Assembly (NCBI GenBank): GCA_951406725.2
Contig: OX597814.1
Location: 16,802,001-16,866,000 of the forward strand
Length of the DNA: 64,000 bases
From: Octopus vulgaris
Lineage: Eukaryota
Direction: 5' to 3'
Made by a program: the position numbers and the translations under genes. Position 1 is the stretch's first letter. Each line of letters begins with the position of its first letter. Shown here piece by piece: positions 42,062 to 56,370 of the stretch. The notes below the pieces were generated by a model. That model made no database searches and was not told where the DNA came from. It saw nothing but the letters and a program-made list of their open reading frames with translations.

Positions 42062-42343
42062 TAGTTTTATTTTTATAGCGTGCTTTCACTTCACTACCGA
42101 GCGCAGCTCTGTGTGCCTTGGGTATGTGCTGTGATTTGTTGTGATGCTCTGATGGTTATTGTATGGAAAGTGTTCTGCGTAGGATGTGTGCAGTGCCTAG
42201 TAGTGCAATTTTCTGTATGCTATATGTGTTTGTAAGTCCTGGTGTTTTTGTTATGTATTTGTCTGAATATTTTTTTATCATGCCTAATGCGCCTACTATG
42301 ATAGGAATTGTTTCTGTTTTCAGGTTCCACATTCTAGTTACCT
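42058..42343 (-). mobile_element. 3'-terminal fragment of the 22275-24523 family
   Basis: High identity to about 24239-24523 in reverse complement. (ATT)n on both sides. Confidence 0.9.
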
Positions 42344-42344
42344 C

Positions 42345-42477
<133 letters not shown>

Positions 42478-42485
42478 CATTATCA

Positions 42486-42550
<65 letters not shown>

Positions 42551-42571
42551 ATTATTATTATTATTATTATT

Positions 42572-42746
42572 ACTATGATTGAGTCAGAGAGCAGTGCATG
42601 CCATCAAAGTGAAGTTGGGGTAAAATATACGAAGCCAAGTATACCCATCGTGACTACCCGTCTGATAAGGGTACACTAGGCACATGCATCACAACCATAT
42701 GTGCGCGACATGGTGATCTCATATCAAGATAAACGGGCACATAACC

Positions 42747-42748
<2 letters not shown>
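42572..42748 (-). repeat. Second copy of the unclassified (TAA)n-tailed repeat
   Basis: Reverse complement of 25043-25218. Confidence 0.85.
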
Positions 42749-42791
<43 letters not shown>

Positions 42792-42796
42792 CATCA

Positions 42797-42935
<139 letters not shown>

Positions 42936-43569
42936 TGCTAAGACAGCAAGATAGCAGAATCGTTAGCACGTCATACAAAAATGTTTAACGACATTTCCTC
43001 CGGTTCAAATTCCATCCTTTATGGGGCGATAAAATAAGTACTAGTTCAGCACTGGGGGTCGATGTAATCATCTAGTGTCTCCCCAAAATGTGTGCCTATA
43101 ATAAAAAGGAAAAGGACAATTATCATTATTACTAGATTAGACTGGAGAAAGTACCTTGTGGTATTTCATCCGTCGCTACGTTCTGTGCTCAAATTTCGAC
43201 GAGGTGGACTTTGCTTTTATTTTTTTCAGGTCGGTAAATTAACTACCGTTTGTCTGTCTAATCGATTTACTCACTCTCCAAAAAACTCAGGCCTTGTGCC
43301 TTTAAGTAGAAAGGATTATTATTATTACTAGAACTGCTAATGTTGTTGTTATTGCTGTTGTTGTTGATGTTATTATCGTTATCAATATTTCATTCTTCGT
43401 TATAATTCATGTTATTTATTCATATAATCAAATAAGTAAAAATATATATTTCCAATGGATGGTCTTGTGTTAGTCAGACTCCTTTTTTTTTATGCGTTGG
43501 TGTAATTGTAAAACGCCGTCGACGTCACCATATTAACAGATGTCGTCGTCGTCATCGTCGTCGTCGTCG

Positions 43570-43604
<35 letters not shown>

Positions 43605-43853
43605 GTCTTCATCATCAGCGGTCGCCGTTTCTCTCGAATGGAGAGCTGTAAAGCATCTTTAGAAATTTAATGATACCAAATTATAACTACACCTGTCCAA
43701 CTCACAAATCTCTACATCCTAATATGCTATATATTCCTCCTCCTCCTCCTCCTCCTCCTCCTCCTCCTTCTTCTTCTTCTTCTTCTTCTTCTTCTTCTTC
43801 TTCTTCTTCTTCTTCTTCTTCTTCTTCTTCTTCTTCTTCTTCTTCTTCTTCTT

Positions 43854-43884
<31 letters not shown>

Positions 43885-43887
43885 TTG

Positions 43888-43937
<50 letters not shown>

Positions 43938-43966
43938 TTTACTATTATTATTATTATTATTATTAC

Positions 43967-44001
<35 letters not shown>

Positions 44002-44002
44002 C

Positions 44003-44050
<48 letters not shown>

Positions 44051-44083
44051 TATTATTATTACTATTATTATTATTATTATTAC

Positions 44084-44119
<36 letters not shown>

Positions 44120-44128
44120 CATTATTAC

Positions 44129-44182
<54 letters not shown>

Positions 44183-44767
44183 TGTTGTTGTTGTTATTAA
44201 TGTTACTTTATCCTTTCTACTTTGTTGAATATAAATAAAAGACACTAAGAAAAAAACAAAAAAAAAATTATATCGCCACTAAATAAACAAATAGCAAAGT
44301 GAAAATCTAACAAATATATCATCGAAGGTCTTGTATTTTATATGGCGATAAAACTTCTTTTTCCTGTGAAAAACAAAAACAATCATTTTTTTTTTTCCTT
44401 TAGTTTCATTAGTCGTTTAATTTGAAAAAGCTTTTGTAATTATGGATAGAGACATCAACTTAGAAAACACATTTACTATTGGTTTGTTTGTTTATTTAAT
44501 CGTTTATTTATTTATTTATTCTCTTATTCGGGAAGAAGACTTGGAATAATGTTGGAAAATTACATTCTACTGGTTTAGTTTATGCTAGGTATCGAAGGCA
44601 GTGATGGCCTCTTACGACGTTCATTTCGCTAATACATACGACACGGAACACACTAAATTTCCGTTACATATGTGTGCCTGTGTGTAACTGTGTATAAAAA
44701 ATGGCTGCGTGATTGAGGTGTGCACTTCAAAACGACATTGTTTCTGGTTCAATAATATTAAGCTGTG

Positions 44768-45149
44768 GGAAGCACTCCGTCGGTTACGACGACGAGGGTT
44801 CCGGTTGATCCGAATCAACGGAACAGCCTGCTCGTGAAATTAACGTGTAAGTGGCTGAGCACTCCACAGACACGCGTACCCTTAACACAGTTCTCGGGGA
44901 TATTCAGCATGACACAGAGAGTGACAAGGCCGGCCCTTTGAAATACAGGTACAACAGAAACAGGAAGTAAGAGTGAGAGAAAGTTGTGGTGAAAGAGCAC
45001 AGCAGGGATCACCACCATCCCTGCCGGAGCCTCGTGGAGCTGTAGGTGTTTTCGCTCAATAAACACTCACAACGCCCGGTCTGGGAATCGAAACCGCGAT
45101 CCTACGACCGCGAGTCCGCTGCCCTAATCACTGGGCCATTGCGCCTCCA
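44768..45149 (-). mobile_element. SINE family A, full length
   Basis: Pol III boxes and TSD TTAAGCTGT. Confidence 0.9.
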
Positions 45150-45869
45150 TTAAGCTGTACTGTTGGTTACTATGGCCCCAAGTTGTTCAGGAAAAATTGT
45201 TGGGCGAAATCTCCAAAATAATGGCTTTTGATTTAGGCACAAATACAAGAATGTTGAGGGGGATGGGGTTGAAAGATACTGCTGATCCAAGTACTTTGAG
45301 TGGTATATTATTTCGTCGACCTTGTAAGGAGAAAACGAAAGTGACCTTGGAGGGATTTGAATATAGAATGTAAAGAGACGGAACAAATACAGCAAAACTG
45401 TTTCTTCATGACGCTTTAAATATTCTGCCTTTAAAAATAAAAAAATAATCGTTTTTTTTTTTTATATATATATATATATTGGCACAAGCCTGAAATTTTG
45501 TAGGAAGAGTATCGACTCCAGTGATCAACTGGCTCCTAATTTTATCGACCTTGAAATAATGAAAAGCATAGTCGACCTCGGTTAAATTTCAACTCAGAGC
45601 AAAAAGAAGGGAGAAACGCTGCTACCGATTCAACCATATCACCGTCTTAAAATTCAAGATAATATAAAAAATATAATTGCGGTATCGTAATGTCACTTTG
45701 CTCTGTATTTTCTTCTTTTAAATGAGAAATTGTTACTGCTGTTTATTTAGTTCGATGCTGAACAGAGACATACTGTGAAAATCTATATCAGACGTGTGAC
45801 AGAGTCAAACGACACAGCACAGCCATTTAGTTATACTCACCATTAGTAAAGTTGCGTAAGATTTTCTAT

Positions 45870-46302
45870 AGATCTTTTCGGTTTGAACGGCAGTTTTTTC
45901 TAGCTGTGTCATATGAAATTGTTACCCATAATTATGACCCTAGTATCGATCTATTGCATTTCAATCTATTTTAGGGTTAGGGTTAGAGTTAGGGTTAGTT
46001 AGGGTTAGGGATGGAGGAAGGGTATCTATTTTTCTTCACAAATGTAAATAAACCCAATCTGTTTCTCAAACGAGGGACCTTTTCATACGGTACAGTATGT
46101 TTTCAACTCAGACGTCATTGATTGGTTGAAATTGCAGAAATTGAAGTAAAAAAACAGCAAATATCTTACAAACTATAGAATTTTCTCAATAAAACCAATA
46201 GAAAAATTGTTTTATAGACACATTCTACCAGTATACGAAGTTTAAATGTGTTTAGTTACGTGGAAATTATTCTTAAAAACTGCCGATCAAACCGAAAGAA
46301 CC
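45870..46302. mobile_element. Non-autonomous DNA transposon (MITE) with internal TTAGGG repeats
   Basis: ~28-bp imperfect TIRs (tttcggtttgaacggcagttttt / aaaaactgccgatcaaaccgaaa). 8-bp direct repeat TTTTCTAT at 45862-45869 and 46303-46310. (TTAGGG)n at 45971-46010. Confidence 0.8.
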
Positions 46303-46527
46303 TTTTCTATTTTAATAATTTCACATGACCGCGGAAGAAAGAATATTCACATAAATAAATATATTTAAAGATAGCTTTTGTTTTAAATTACATTTAAAAT
46401 TACTCAAAACATGGGGTAATGCCTTATTTGTGGAATTATATACCGTGACGGCGAATACGAAATCTACAAATCCAACGAACCAGTTTAACTGTATCCTCAG
46501 TATGCAGAGGGACCAGATTATCTGTTT

Positions 46528-46605
<78 letters not shown>

Positions 46606-46785
46606 ACTTTTCTACAAGATTCTAAGCTCTCCTTTGATAGAAGATAGATTAACTTTCCTTTAGAGTAAAGATGACAGCGCAACTTGTCAGAATTATTCTT
46701 GGATATGATGCAATTGTGTGATCACAGGCTTTCCTTTTAAAAGTTAGGCTAAAATAAACTGGATAAAAATATTGTATCTTAGATT

Positions 46786-47008
46786 GCTGGCAGAAACGTT
46801 AGCACACTGGACGAAATGCTTAGCGGTATTTCGCCCGTCGCTACGTTCTGAGTTCAAATTCCGCCGAGGTTGACTTTGCCTTTCATTCTTTAGCGGTCGA
46901 TAAATTAAGTACCAGTTACGCACTGGGGTCGATATAATCGACTTAATCCGTTTGTCTGCCCTTGTTTGTCCCCTCTATGTTTAGCCCCTTGTGGGCAATA
47001 AAGAAATA
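46786..47008 (+). mobile_element. SINE family C monomer
   Basis: Homology to family C. Older relatives at about 40400-40560, 42945-43320, 45240-45650 and 59780-59940. Confidence 0.88.
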
Positions 47009-47278
47009 AGCTTACATTTCAAATTGTCAAAACACTCTGAGTACTGGATTATTCATAAAATAATTATCCTTTGTTATACAAATTAGACAGACCAGTTTCT
47101 CAATGCTCCGTTACATACAAACTAGAAATTATTGCATATATTATCTGAATGACCGCTTCCTGGTCAGTTTTATACTCCTGGCTGAGGATTTTGCAATATC
47201 TGATTCCCAATTTGTGCAATTTTCGGATATTTTATGTCTAATGTTCTTTGTAATGTTTATTAGACTTATAGGGAGGAG

Positions 47279-47661
47279 GGAAGCACTCCGTCGGTTACGA
47301 CGACGAGGGTTCCGGTTTATCCGAATCAACGGAACAGCCTACTCGTGAAATTAACGTGTAAGTGGCTGAGCACTCCACAGACACGTGTACCCTTAACGTA
47401 GTTCTCGGGGATATTCAGCGTGACATAGAGAGTGACAAGGCCGGCCCTTTGAAATACAGGTACAACAGAAACAGGAAGTAAGAGTGAGAGAAAGTTGTGG
47501 TGAAAGAGTACAGCAGGGATCACCACCATCCCCTGCCGGAGCCCCGTGGAGCTTTAAGGTGTTTTCGCTCAATAAACACTCACAACGCCCGGTCTGGGAA
47601 TCGAAACCGCAATCCTATGACCGCGACTCCGCTGCCCTAACTACTGGGCCATTGCGCCTCC
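47279..47661 (-). mobile_element. SINE family A, full length
   Basis: Pol III boxes and TSD AGACTTATAG at 47262-47271 and 47662-47671. Confidence 0.9.
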
Positions 47662-47871
47662 AGACTTATAGAATTCATTCGATCAGTAAAGTTAGGGCAT
47701 ATGCCCCGCTAAATTTTTTTCCTCATAACTTTCTGAAAAATGGATAGTTGTCAAGGAAACTTACTACAAACATGTTTGAGATGATGTAAATTACGATTAT
47801 ATCGGTGTTACATTTTTGGAGGAGCGGGAGGGGTTTCGGGTAATATACACGCGTTGATTTTGTCTTCTCAT

Positions 47872-48278
47872 TACTCTTTTACTCTTTTACTTGTTTCAGT
47901 CATTTGACTGCAGCCATGCTGGAGCACCGCCTTTAGTCGAGCAAATCGACCCCGGGACTTATTCTTTGTAAGCCCAGTACTTATTCTATCGGTCTCTTTT
48001 GCCGAACCGCTAAGTGATGGGGACGTAAGCATACCAACATCGGTTGTCAAGCAATGTTAGGGGGACAAACACAGACACACACACACACACATACACACAC
48101 ATATATATATATATACGACAGGCTTCTTTCAGTTTCCGTCTACCAAATCCACTCACAAGGCATTGGTCGGCCCGGGGCTATAGCAGAAGACACTTGTCCA
48201 AGATGCCACGCAGTGGGACTGAACCCGGAACCATGTGGTTGGTTAGCAAGCTACTTACCACACAGCCACTCCTGCGCC
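47872..48278 (-). mobile_element. SINE family B (left parent of the duplication)
   Basis: Homology to family B. Confidence 0.9.
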
Positions 48279-49198
48279 TTTAAGAAAAATGAGAATTTTT
48301 TATTCAAATTTTCAAAAAAGTATTTTTCGGGCAGAGTAGATCCCATTTATAACGAAATTAATATGAAAAAGTGTGAACGTTGAACATTTTATGCCTCTAG
48401 ACTTTGTTTCTTCATATTCTTTAATGATGTAATTCAATCTGTTGAGACCCTTTTGAGACCCTGCGATCCCTACTATTTCTAGCAACTTAAACGATCACAT
48501 AGACCATGGGCAACCTGGGCTGCCTCTGTGGTTGTTTAAACGAAATGAATATTGTGATAAAATAAAATGTATTCAATAATTAGTGCTAGATTCTCCTGGA
48601 TTTCCAACAAAACTTCATTCGAAGAACTCTGGGGAAAGAATGGAATAAACCATCAAAAATAATTACTTTTAAATATAATTGTAATTACAACATCTAAACA
48701 TATGTAGAACAAAATCGAAATGCGTGAAATCTCTGCTCTTCCATTTTATCTAATTTCAGAAATTTATGAAGAAACGAACTCCTTGACTGGGCCACCTTCT
48801 GCAGTTATACCTAATTAAAGTATGAAAATTAAAATCAATTTTGTTATTCAGTTTTCTACTTCTTCAACAACACACAACATAAATGAAATGATGCTGGAGT
48901 CCACATAATTTGGCAGACGCTGGATTATCCTCATATTTTGGAGAAAGCTGTGTTGCAAATATTTGGGCAAACTTATAGTTTCCAGAAGTATAAACATGCA
49001 TTTAAAAATCTTGCTATGTTATCTCAGTGCGTCCTTGGAATATTCATTATTACAATAAGTTTGAAAACTTTATTTTGATATGTTGAAATTGGAATTTATA
49101 GATATTTTGTAAATACTGTTCTATATTTTTGCGATATAGATATATATATATATATATGTATGTGCTTTTGTGTATGTGTGTGAGATCGCATGTATGTG

Positions 49199-49518
49199 TA
49201 CACGAAAGTCGAAAAGTCCATATGCTGGCCAAGATACGCGCGTGGAATGGGACCAAATAAGGTTTATTTTCCAGCATAGTCCCTCTTGCTCTCCACACAA
49301 TTCTTCCGTCGTTGTTGCAGCGCTTAGATTCCATTGGTGAAGAGACGTTTATACTGTTGGTGAAAAATGTCATCGACGGCAGATATGACGTCAATATTAC
49401 TGCGGTATTGCTTACCAGTCAAATCAGGAGTAATGAGATCAACCAGTTCAAAGCCACAGACGCGTACTGCAATCATGAAACCAAGGACTTGTGTGCGGAA
49501 GATTTGCTCTGATGAACT
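49199..49518 (-). pseudogene. Duplicated 3' part of the mariner relic
   Basis: Near-identical to 50849-51168 as part of the tandem duplication. Confidence 0.8.
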
Positions 49519-49519
49519 C

Positions 49520-49728
49520 CTTTTACTCTTTTACTCTTTTACTTGTTTCAGTCATTTGACTGCGGCCATGCTGGAGCACCGCCTTTAGTCGAGCAAATCG
49601 ACCCCGGGACTTATTCTTTGCAAGCCCAGTACTTATTCTATCGGTCTCTTTTGCCGAACCGCTAAGTGACGGGGACGTAAACACACCAGCATCGGTTGTC
49701 AAGCAATGCTAGGGGGACAAACACACAA

Positions 49729-49759
<31 letters not shown>

Positions 49760-49930
49760 CATATATACGACAGGTTTCTTTCAGTTTCCGTCTACCAAAT
49801 CCACTCACAAGGCATTGGTCGGCCCGGGGCTATAGCAGAAGACACTTGTCCAAGATGCCACGCAGTGGGACTGAACCCGGAACCATGTGGTTGGTTAGCA
49901 AGCTACTTACCACACAGCCACTCCTGCGCC
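49520..49930 (-). mobile_element. SINE family B (chimeric junction copy)
   Basis: Left half carries the alleles of 51170-51580, right half those of 47872-48278. Confidence 0.9.
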
Positions 49931-51169
49931 TTTAAGAAAAATGAGAATTTTTTATTCAAATTTTCAAAAAAGTATTTTTCGGGCAGAGTAGATCCCATTT
50001 ATAACGAAATTAATATGAAAAAGTGTGAACGTTGAACATTTTATGCCTCTAGACTTTGTTTCTTCATATTCTTTAATGATGTAATTCAATCTGTTGAGAC
50101 CCTTTTGAGACCCTGCGATCCCTACTATTTCTAGCAACTTAAACGATCACATAGACCATGGGCAACCTGGGCTGCCTCTGTGGTTGTTTAAACGAAATGA
50201 ATATTGTGATAAAATAAAATGTATTCAATAATTAGTGCTAGATTCTCCTGGATTTCCAACAAAACTTCATTCGAAGAACTCTGGGGAAAGAATGGAATAA
50301 ACCATCAAAAATAATTACTTTTAAATATAATTGTAATTACAACATCTAAACATATGTAGAACAAAATCGAAATGCGTGAAATCTCTGCTCTTCCATTTTA
50401 TCTAATTTCAGAAATTTATGAAGAAACGAACTCCTTGACTGGGCCACCTTCTGCAGTTATACCTAATTAAAGTATGAAAATTAAAATCAATTTTGTTATT
50501 CAGTTTTCTACTTCTTCAACAACACACAACATAAATGAAATGATGCTGGAGTCCACATAATTTGGCAGACGCTGGATTATCCTCATATTTTGGAGAAAGC
50601 TGTGTTGCAAATATTTGGGCAAACTTATAGTTTCCAGAAGTATAAACATGCATTTAAAAATCTTGCTATGTTATCTCAGTGCGTCCTTGGAATATTCATT
50701 ATTACAATAAGTTTGAAAACTTTATTTTGATATGTTGAAATTGGAATTTATAGATATTTTGTAAATACTGTTCTATATTTTTGCGATATAGATATATATA
50801 TATATATGTATGTGATTTTGTGTATGTGTGTGAGATCGCATGTATGTGTACACGAAAGTCGAAAAGTCCATATGCTGGCCAAGATACGCGCGTGGAATGG
50901 GACCAAATAAGGTTTATTTTCCAGCATAGTCCCTCTTGCTCTCCACACAATTCTTCCGTCGTTGTTGCAGCGCTTAGATTCCATTGGTGAAGAGACGTTT
51001 ATACTGTTGGTGAAAAATGTCATCGACGGCAGATATGACGTCAATATTACTGCGGTATTGCTTACCAGTCAAATCAGGAGTAATGAGATCAACCAGTTCA
51101 AAGCCACAGACGCGTACTGCAATCATGAAACCAAGGACTTGTGTGCGGAAGATTTGCTCTGATGAACTC

Positions 51170-51378
51170 CTTTTACTCTTTTACTCTTTTACTTGTTTCA
51201 GTCATTTGACTGCGGCCATGCTGGAGCACCGCCTTTAGTCGAGCAAATCGACCCCGGGACTTATTCTTTGCAAGCCCAGTACTTATTCTATCGGTCTCTT
51301 TTGCCGAACCGCTAAGTGACGGGGACGTAAACACACCAGCATCGGTTGTCAAGCAATGCTAGGGGGACAAACACACAA

Positions 51379-51409
<31 letters not shown>

Positions 51410-51580
51410 CATATATACGACAGGTTTCTTTCAGTTTCCGTCTACCAAATCCACTCACAAGGCATTGGTCGGCCCGGGGCTATAGCAGAAGACACTTGCC
51501 CAAGGTGCCACGCAGTGGGACTGAACCCAGAACCATGCGGCTGGTTAGCAAGCTACTTACCACACAGCCACTCCTGCGCC
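51170..51580 (-). mobile_element. SINE family B inserted in the mariner
   Basis: TSD ATGAACT at 51162-51168 and 51582-51588. Confidence 0.9.
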
Positions 51581-52316
51581 TATGAACTATGACATTTTCG
51601 TCAGATTTTCTGTCCTTTGATCTTCTTATGCCTCAGTAAGTCGGCATAATACTTTGCATTGATGGTGTGGCTCTTGATGTTCGTCAATGACCACAATGTT
51701 TTTTGAATCCCAAAAGACTGAAGTCGTCATTATGCTTCCAGATGAAACAACCTTGGCCTACTTTGAAGCACGTAAGGAGGGAGTGTTTCCACTGCATGGA
51801 TTGTCTCCTTCTCTCTGACTCAAACTGATGAACTGATGAACACAACACTCGTCCTAGGTTAGGAAACGTTCAAGGATATCAGCTGGATATGTCTCAAACA
51901 ATGTCAGATCATACCGTAATGGGATCAGCCTGGTACGCTTCTGGGCATGTGCTAGAAGACCTGGCAGCCACCGAGTAGAAACTTTCGTAGTGCAAAATTC
52001 ATTGAGCAGAATATTCTCAACTTTGCTAACAACAATGGCTCTTAGAGTCATGGCCAATCACCTGTCACCTATCAGCATGTGGTGAACACAATGTTTTCCT
52101 CGATGTTGGCAGTTTCAAGATGTTCAGATCTTGGGTCACCTTCAAAACTGTCCCTTCTCTTCCGAAATTCATCTACTCACTTTTGTATTGTTGATAAAGC
52201 TGGAGCATGATTCCCTAAATGTAGCAAGTATGAATGTCCTTGGTGGCTAAACTCGTTTCCTGTATGTACATTATAACACCACGATGCAAAACTTTGTAGA
52301 TTTTCAAGAGACACTA

Positions 52317-52578
52317 CTAATTACTCGTTATCGCCAAGCTAATATGGCAGTCCAGAAATATAGGATGAATGCTGCCGTTGATTAGCTCCAACAGAGCATT
52401 GCCTCTAGCTAGCTATGTGACACACGAACCTGTGTCCATTATAATAGTTATAATGGACACAGGTTCGTGTGTCACATAGCTAGCTAGAGGCAATGGCCTG
52501 TTGGAGTTAATCAACGACAACATTCGTCCTATATTTCTGGACTGCCATATTAGCTTGGCGATAACTAGTAATATCCAG
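52317..52578. mobile_element. Foldback/palindromic MITE-like insertion
   Basis: Arms 52320-52444 and 52448-52572 around a 3-nt loop. Inner 48 bp are perfect. Possible TA TSD at 52315-52316 and 52579-52580. Confidence 0.8.
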
Positions 52579-52927
52579 TACCGCTGCCGTAGTCTCCTTT
52601 TGAGAGACTTAGAAATAATAATATTTCTACAACTAATTACATTTGAAGTCAAATGTTAATTTACCTGTAAAGAAATGATTCAGTTGTTAATTAGGTAGGG
52701 GTGAAATTAATGCATGCAAGATTTCACAGCTCTAACATCACTCCTTCATAGTCAGCCTATGAATTTTTCAGTCTACGCTCGTGTGATTGCATGTGTTGTA
52801 GTGTGTGCGTTGTAGTGTATGACAGTGTGTGCGTTCTAGTGTGTGTGTGCGTGTGAGTGTGTGTATGTGTGCGTATGTGGTGGGTCCATTTGTGATGGGG
52901 ATGTTGTATGAGTCAATGTGGGCGCTC

Positions 52928-52974
<47 letters not shown>

Positions 52975-54959
52975 ATGCGTGTGTGTGTGTGTGTTCAATT
53001 ACGTGTTTACATTTGCCCAACACTCCCTTGCCAGCAAGTACAGCTTTGATACAACACGCAGTACTTAGCGGTTTGACATAGGATATGCGCCTCACTCAAA
53101 ATGATTGCTGGAGTCGATTTGTTCGATTAAACAATTTGAAGTAATGCCCCAGCTTGGTCGCAGTCCGATTAAATCTTCTCTCATTTGCCGTTTATTGCAA
53201 GGAATGTCTATGTTCTTCAATAAATGAAGCATTTTATCTATTATTTCACCTGATGTATTTTCGACTTTATTGTTTGTATCCAAGCCACTGGCTATTCTGA
53301 GTTATTTGTCTTAGCTCCATTTCGATTTACACACACACACACACACACACGTGTATGTATGTAAGTACGTATCTATGCATGTATCTTTGAGGTGTGCGTG
53401 CATGTGAGAGTGTGCCTGTGTATTTTATTTAATTCTTTCATCACACCTCTGTTCTGTTATATAAACGCCCCTCATATTAATTCTAATTTATATGTACCAA
53501 CTCACGCGTATTTGCATACACAAAAGCACAAAAACATAAGAATCGTTTGAGCACATTCGTACAAACACACGCACACCATAAATACACACATACACACACA
53601 TGGACTAATCGTTCGACTATTATTTCTTAACCTTTTGTTTCAAATTCACACCTAACATATTCATTCATAAATATAAACCTCCAGAATTCATCTCCAAACA
53701 AATGCGAATATACAAACACACCCCATCACAAACGACACAACACCTACAAGAACAACAAAAACAATACACTAAACTTTGCCCACAAACATACAATGGCGTT
53801 CACACATTGACGCTTTTACATGGCGGAAAAACATTGTTTGGATTCAATGACGTTGGTTTGAAAATAATTGCTGACGTTATTCCTTAAGCTGTTTCTTCCT
53901 TTTTGTCTCGATCCAGTAAACCCATTCTTTCTATTGCTCTTTGGTGTTTCATAGACCAGTAGTTCTTTTCTCTCGTCTGTTTAAACTGTTGTATAATAGT
54001 GAGGTCGGAAGTATTGGAAGCCATTTTGTCTTTCTTTCACATCTTCGAAAGAGATAAGAACAAACGCCATTACCACCGCCATCGCCTTCTTTCTATTTTG
54101 CACTGTATCTTCCTCTTATTTCTTACTCCTTCTTTCTATTTTACTTACGTTCTTCTTTTTCTCCTGCCCTTTTTTTTTTAACTTTCTTCTCGTTCTTTTC
54201 TTATTCCTTTCCTTTCTTTTCCCCACATCTCAATCCTTTCCGTCATCGTTTCTTTCTTTTTCTCTTTTCTCTCCCCTCCTACTTTTTGTCAATGTCTTTA
54301 TTTTTCCTGTCTTTCTCAGTGTCTCTGCCGGATCACCCTCCTCCTCTTCCCTGTGCTATTTATCATACTTTCTCGTCTTTCTCTTCCTTTAACCCAGAGT
54401 CTCTTCCTATTATTTATCTCACCTTCTTTCTCTCTTTTACACTTAAAACTTTATATTCTTCTCTCTCTGCCTCTCTCTTGCTCTTCATTCTCTCTCTCTC
54501 TCTCTCTCTCTCCCTCACGCTCTTCTCTTAACCATCCTCATTTGGCAGTATCCATCTTTCTCTCTTTAATATCTCTTCTTTTCTCTTCCACTCTATACTA
54601 TTTCACTTTGTCTCTTATTTTCCTTTCCTCCTGTAAACCATCCTCTCTTTTACTCCTTCTATTTCCTTCTCCTCATCTTCTTCTCTCCTTCTTTCTCCTT
54701 TCCTCCCTTTTCTTCATTATCTCTTTCGTCATCTCATTTCTTTTTTCTATTTCATTTTATCTTCCCCCCCCTCTTATTCTCCATTTTATATTTTTCTTTT
54801 TGTTTGCCATTCTCACCACGTATTTTTTTCTCCTCTCCCTTCCTGCCTCCATCCCCTAAATATAGTCTACATCATACTTTTTGCATCTTTTGTTTACTTG
54901 TTGTTCTTGTACGTTTTCTTATTTTTATATTTATGTTTATATTTATGTTGTTGTTCCTT

Positions 54960-54998
54960 CTGTTGTTGTTGTCGTTGCTGTTCTTGCTCTTGTTCCTG

Positions 54999-55061
<63 letters not shown>

Positions 55062-55393
55062 AACTACTACTTCTTCTTCCTCTTCTTCCTTTTCTTATTC
55101 CTCTTCTTCTTCATCTTTGACATCATTTACAGTCCAAATAGCCGCCAGCTTGCCGATCACTGACACACACCCGTCCATCCATCCTACCGCCCAGGCCCAG
55201 TCGTTTTTCTATTTCATGTACTTCGCCAACAACATCCCCGCATCACTTTTCGTACATCTCGCCCTTATCATTTCTTGTCGTCCCCTACCTTGACTCTTTG
55301 CCACCTAAACCCTCCTGTCCCCACATAGTCTATGTAATGTCCCTGCCTCGCTCCACCTCGTCCCGCAGCGCAGCGCAATCACTGAGCACCGGC

Positions 55394-55425
<32 letters not shown>

Positions 55426-55525
55426 TAATAATAATAATAACAATAACCAGAAAAACAACAACAACAACAACAACAATAATAATATTAATAATAATAATAA
55501 TAATAATGACAATAATAATAATGAC

Positions 55526-55575
<50 letters not shown>

Positions 55576-55673
55576 CAATAATAATAATAATAATAATGAT
55601 AATAATAATAATATTAACGATAATAATAATAATAACAATAACCAGAAAAACAACAACAACAACAATAATAATG

Positions 55674-55737
<64 letters not shown>

Positions 55738-55963
55738 CAATAATAATAATAATAATAATTGTAATAATGAAGGAGGCGGAGGAGGAGGGGATGAGGAGGA
55801 GAAGAAGAAGAAGAAGAAGAAAAAGAAGAAGAAGAAAAAGAAGAAGAAGAAGAAGAAGAAGAAGAAGAAGAAGAAAATATTGGGTAAACAAAGAATGCAT
55901 CAACAAAAGTGACGAACCCTGTAGAGCATCAGTACCAGCATTGGCAGCCGGCACTACGAGGAG

Positions 55964-56000
<37 letters not shown>

Positions 56001-56034
56001 TTCATCGTCATTCCTATAATCATCATCATCATCC

Positions 56035-56080
<46 letters not shown>

Positions 56081-56128
56081 CATCATCATCGTCATCATAA
56101 TCACCATCTTCATCGTCATTCTTATCAA

Positions 56129-56169
<41 letters not shown>

Positions 56170-56200
56170 ACATCATCATCTTCATCGTCATTCTTATCAA

Positions 56201-56297
<97 letters not shown>

Positions 56298-56370
56298 GTC
56301 TTCATCGTCATTCTTATCAACATCATTACCATCATTATCATCGTCATTTTCGTCTTCATCATCATCAACA
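54960..56370. repeat. Compound trinucleotide field (CTA)n, (AAT)n, (GAA)n, (CAT)n
   Basis: Seen directly. Confidence 0.97.

Larger units (their letters stand above)
48126..51425. repeat. Tandem duplication, about 1.65-kb period
   Basis: 48279-49519 and 49931-51169 appear identical apart from one TA unit and one c/a substitution. Confidence 0.95.
50849..52783 (-). mobile_element. Decayed near-full-length mariner with two nested insertions
   Basis: Degenerate TIR-like ends at 50849-50880 and 52751-52783. Transposase pieces KVSTRWLP.LL...QKRTR, ILERFLT*DE, MQWKH, FTNGI*ALQQRRKNCVESKRDY. About 1.27 kb after removing the SINE (TSD ATGAACT) and the palindrome. Confidence 0.8.

Noticed and set aside
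44768-45149. SINE heads as tRNA genes
   Set aside because: A and B boxes are present, but there is no complete acceptor stem and the heads continue into repeat bodies with TSDs.
45971-46010. Telomere or chromosome-fusion scar
   Set aside because: The tract is short and internal to a TIR/TSD-bounded element.
49505-49520. CTGATGA motif (also at about 51159 and 51825-51839)
   Set aside because: It lies in mariner sequence with no closing GAAA or stems.
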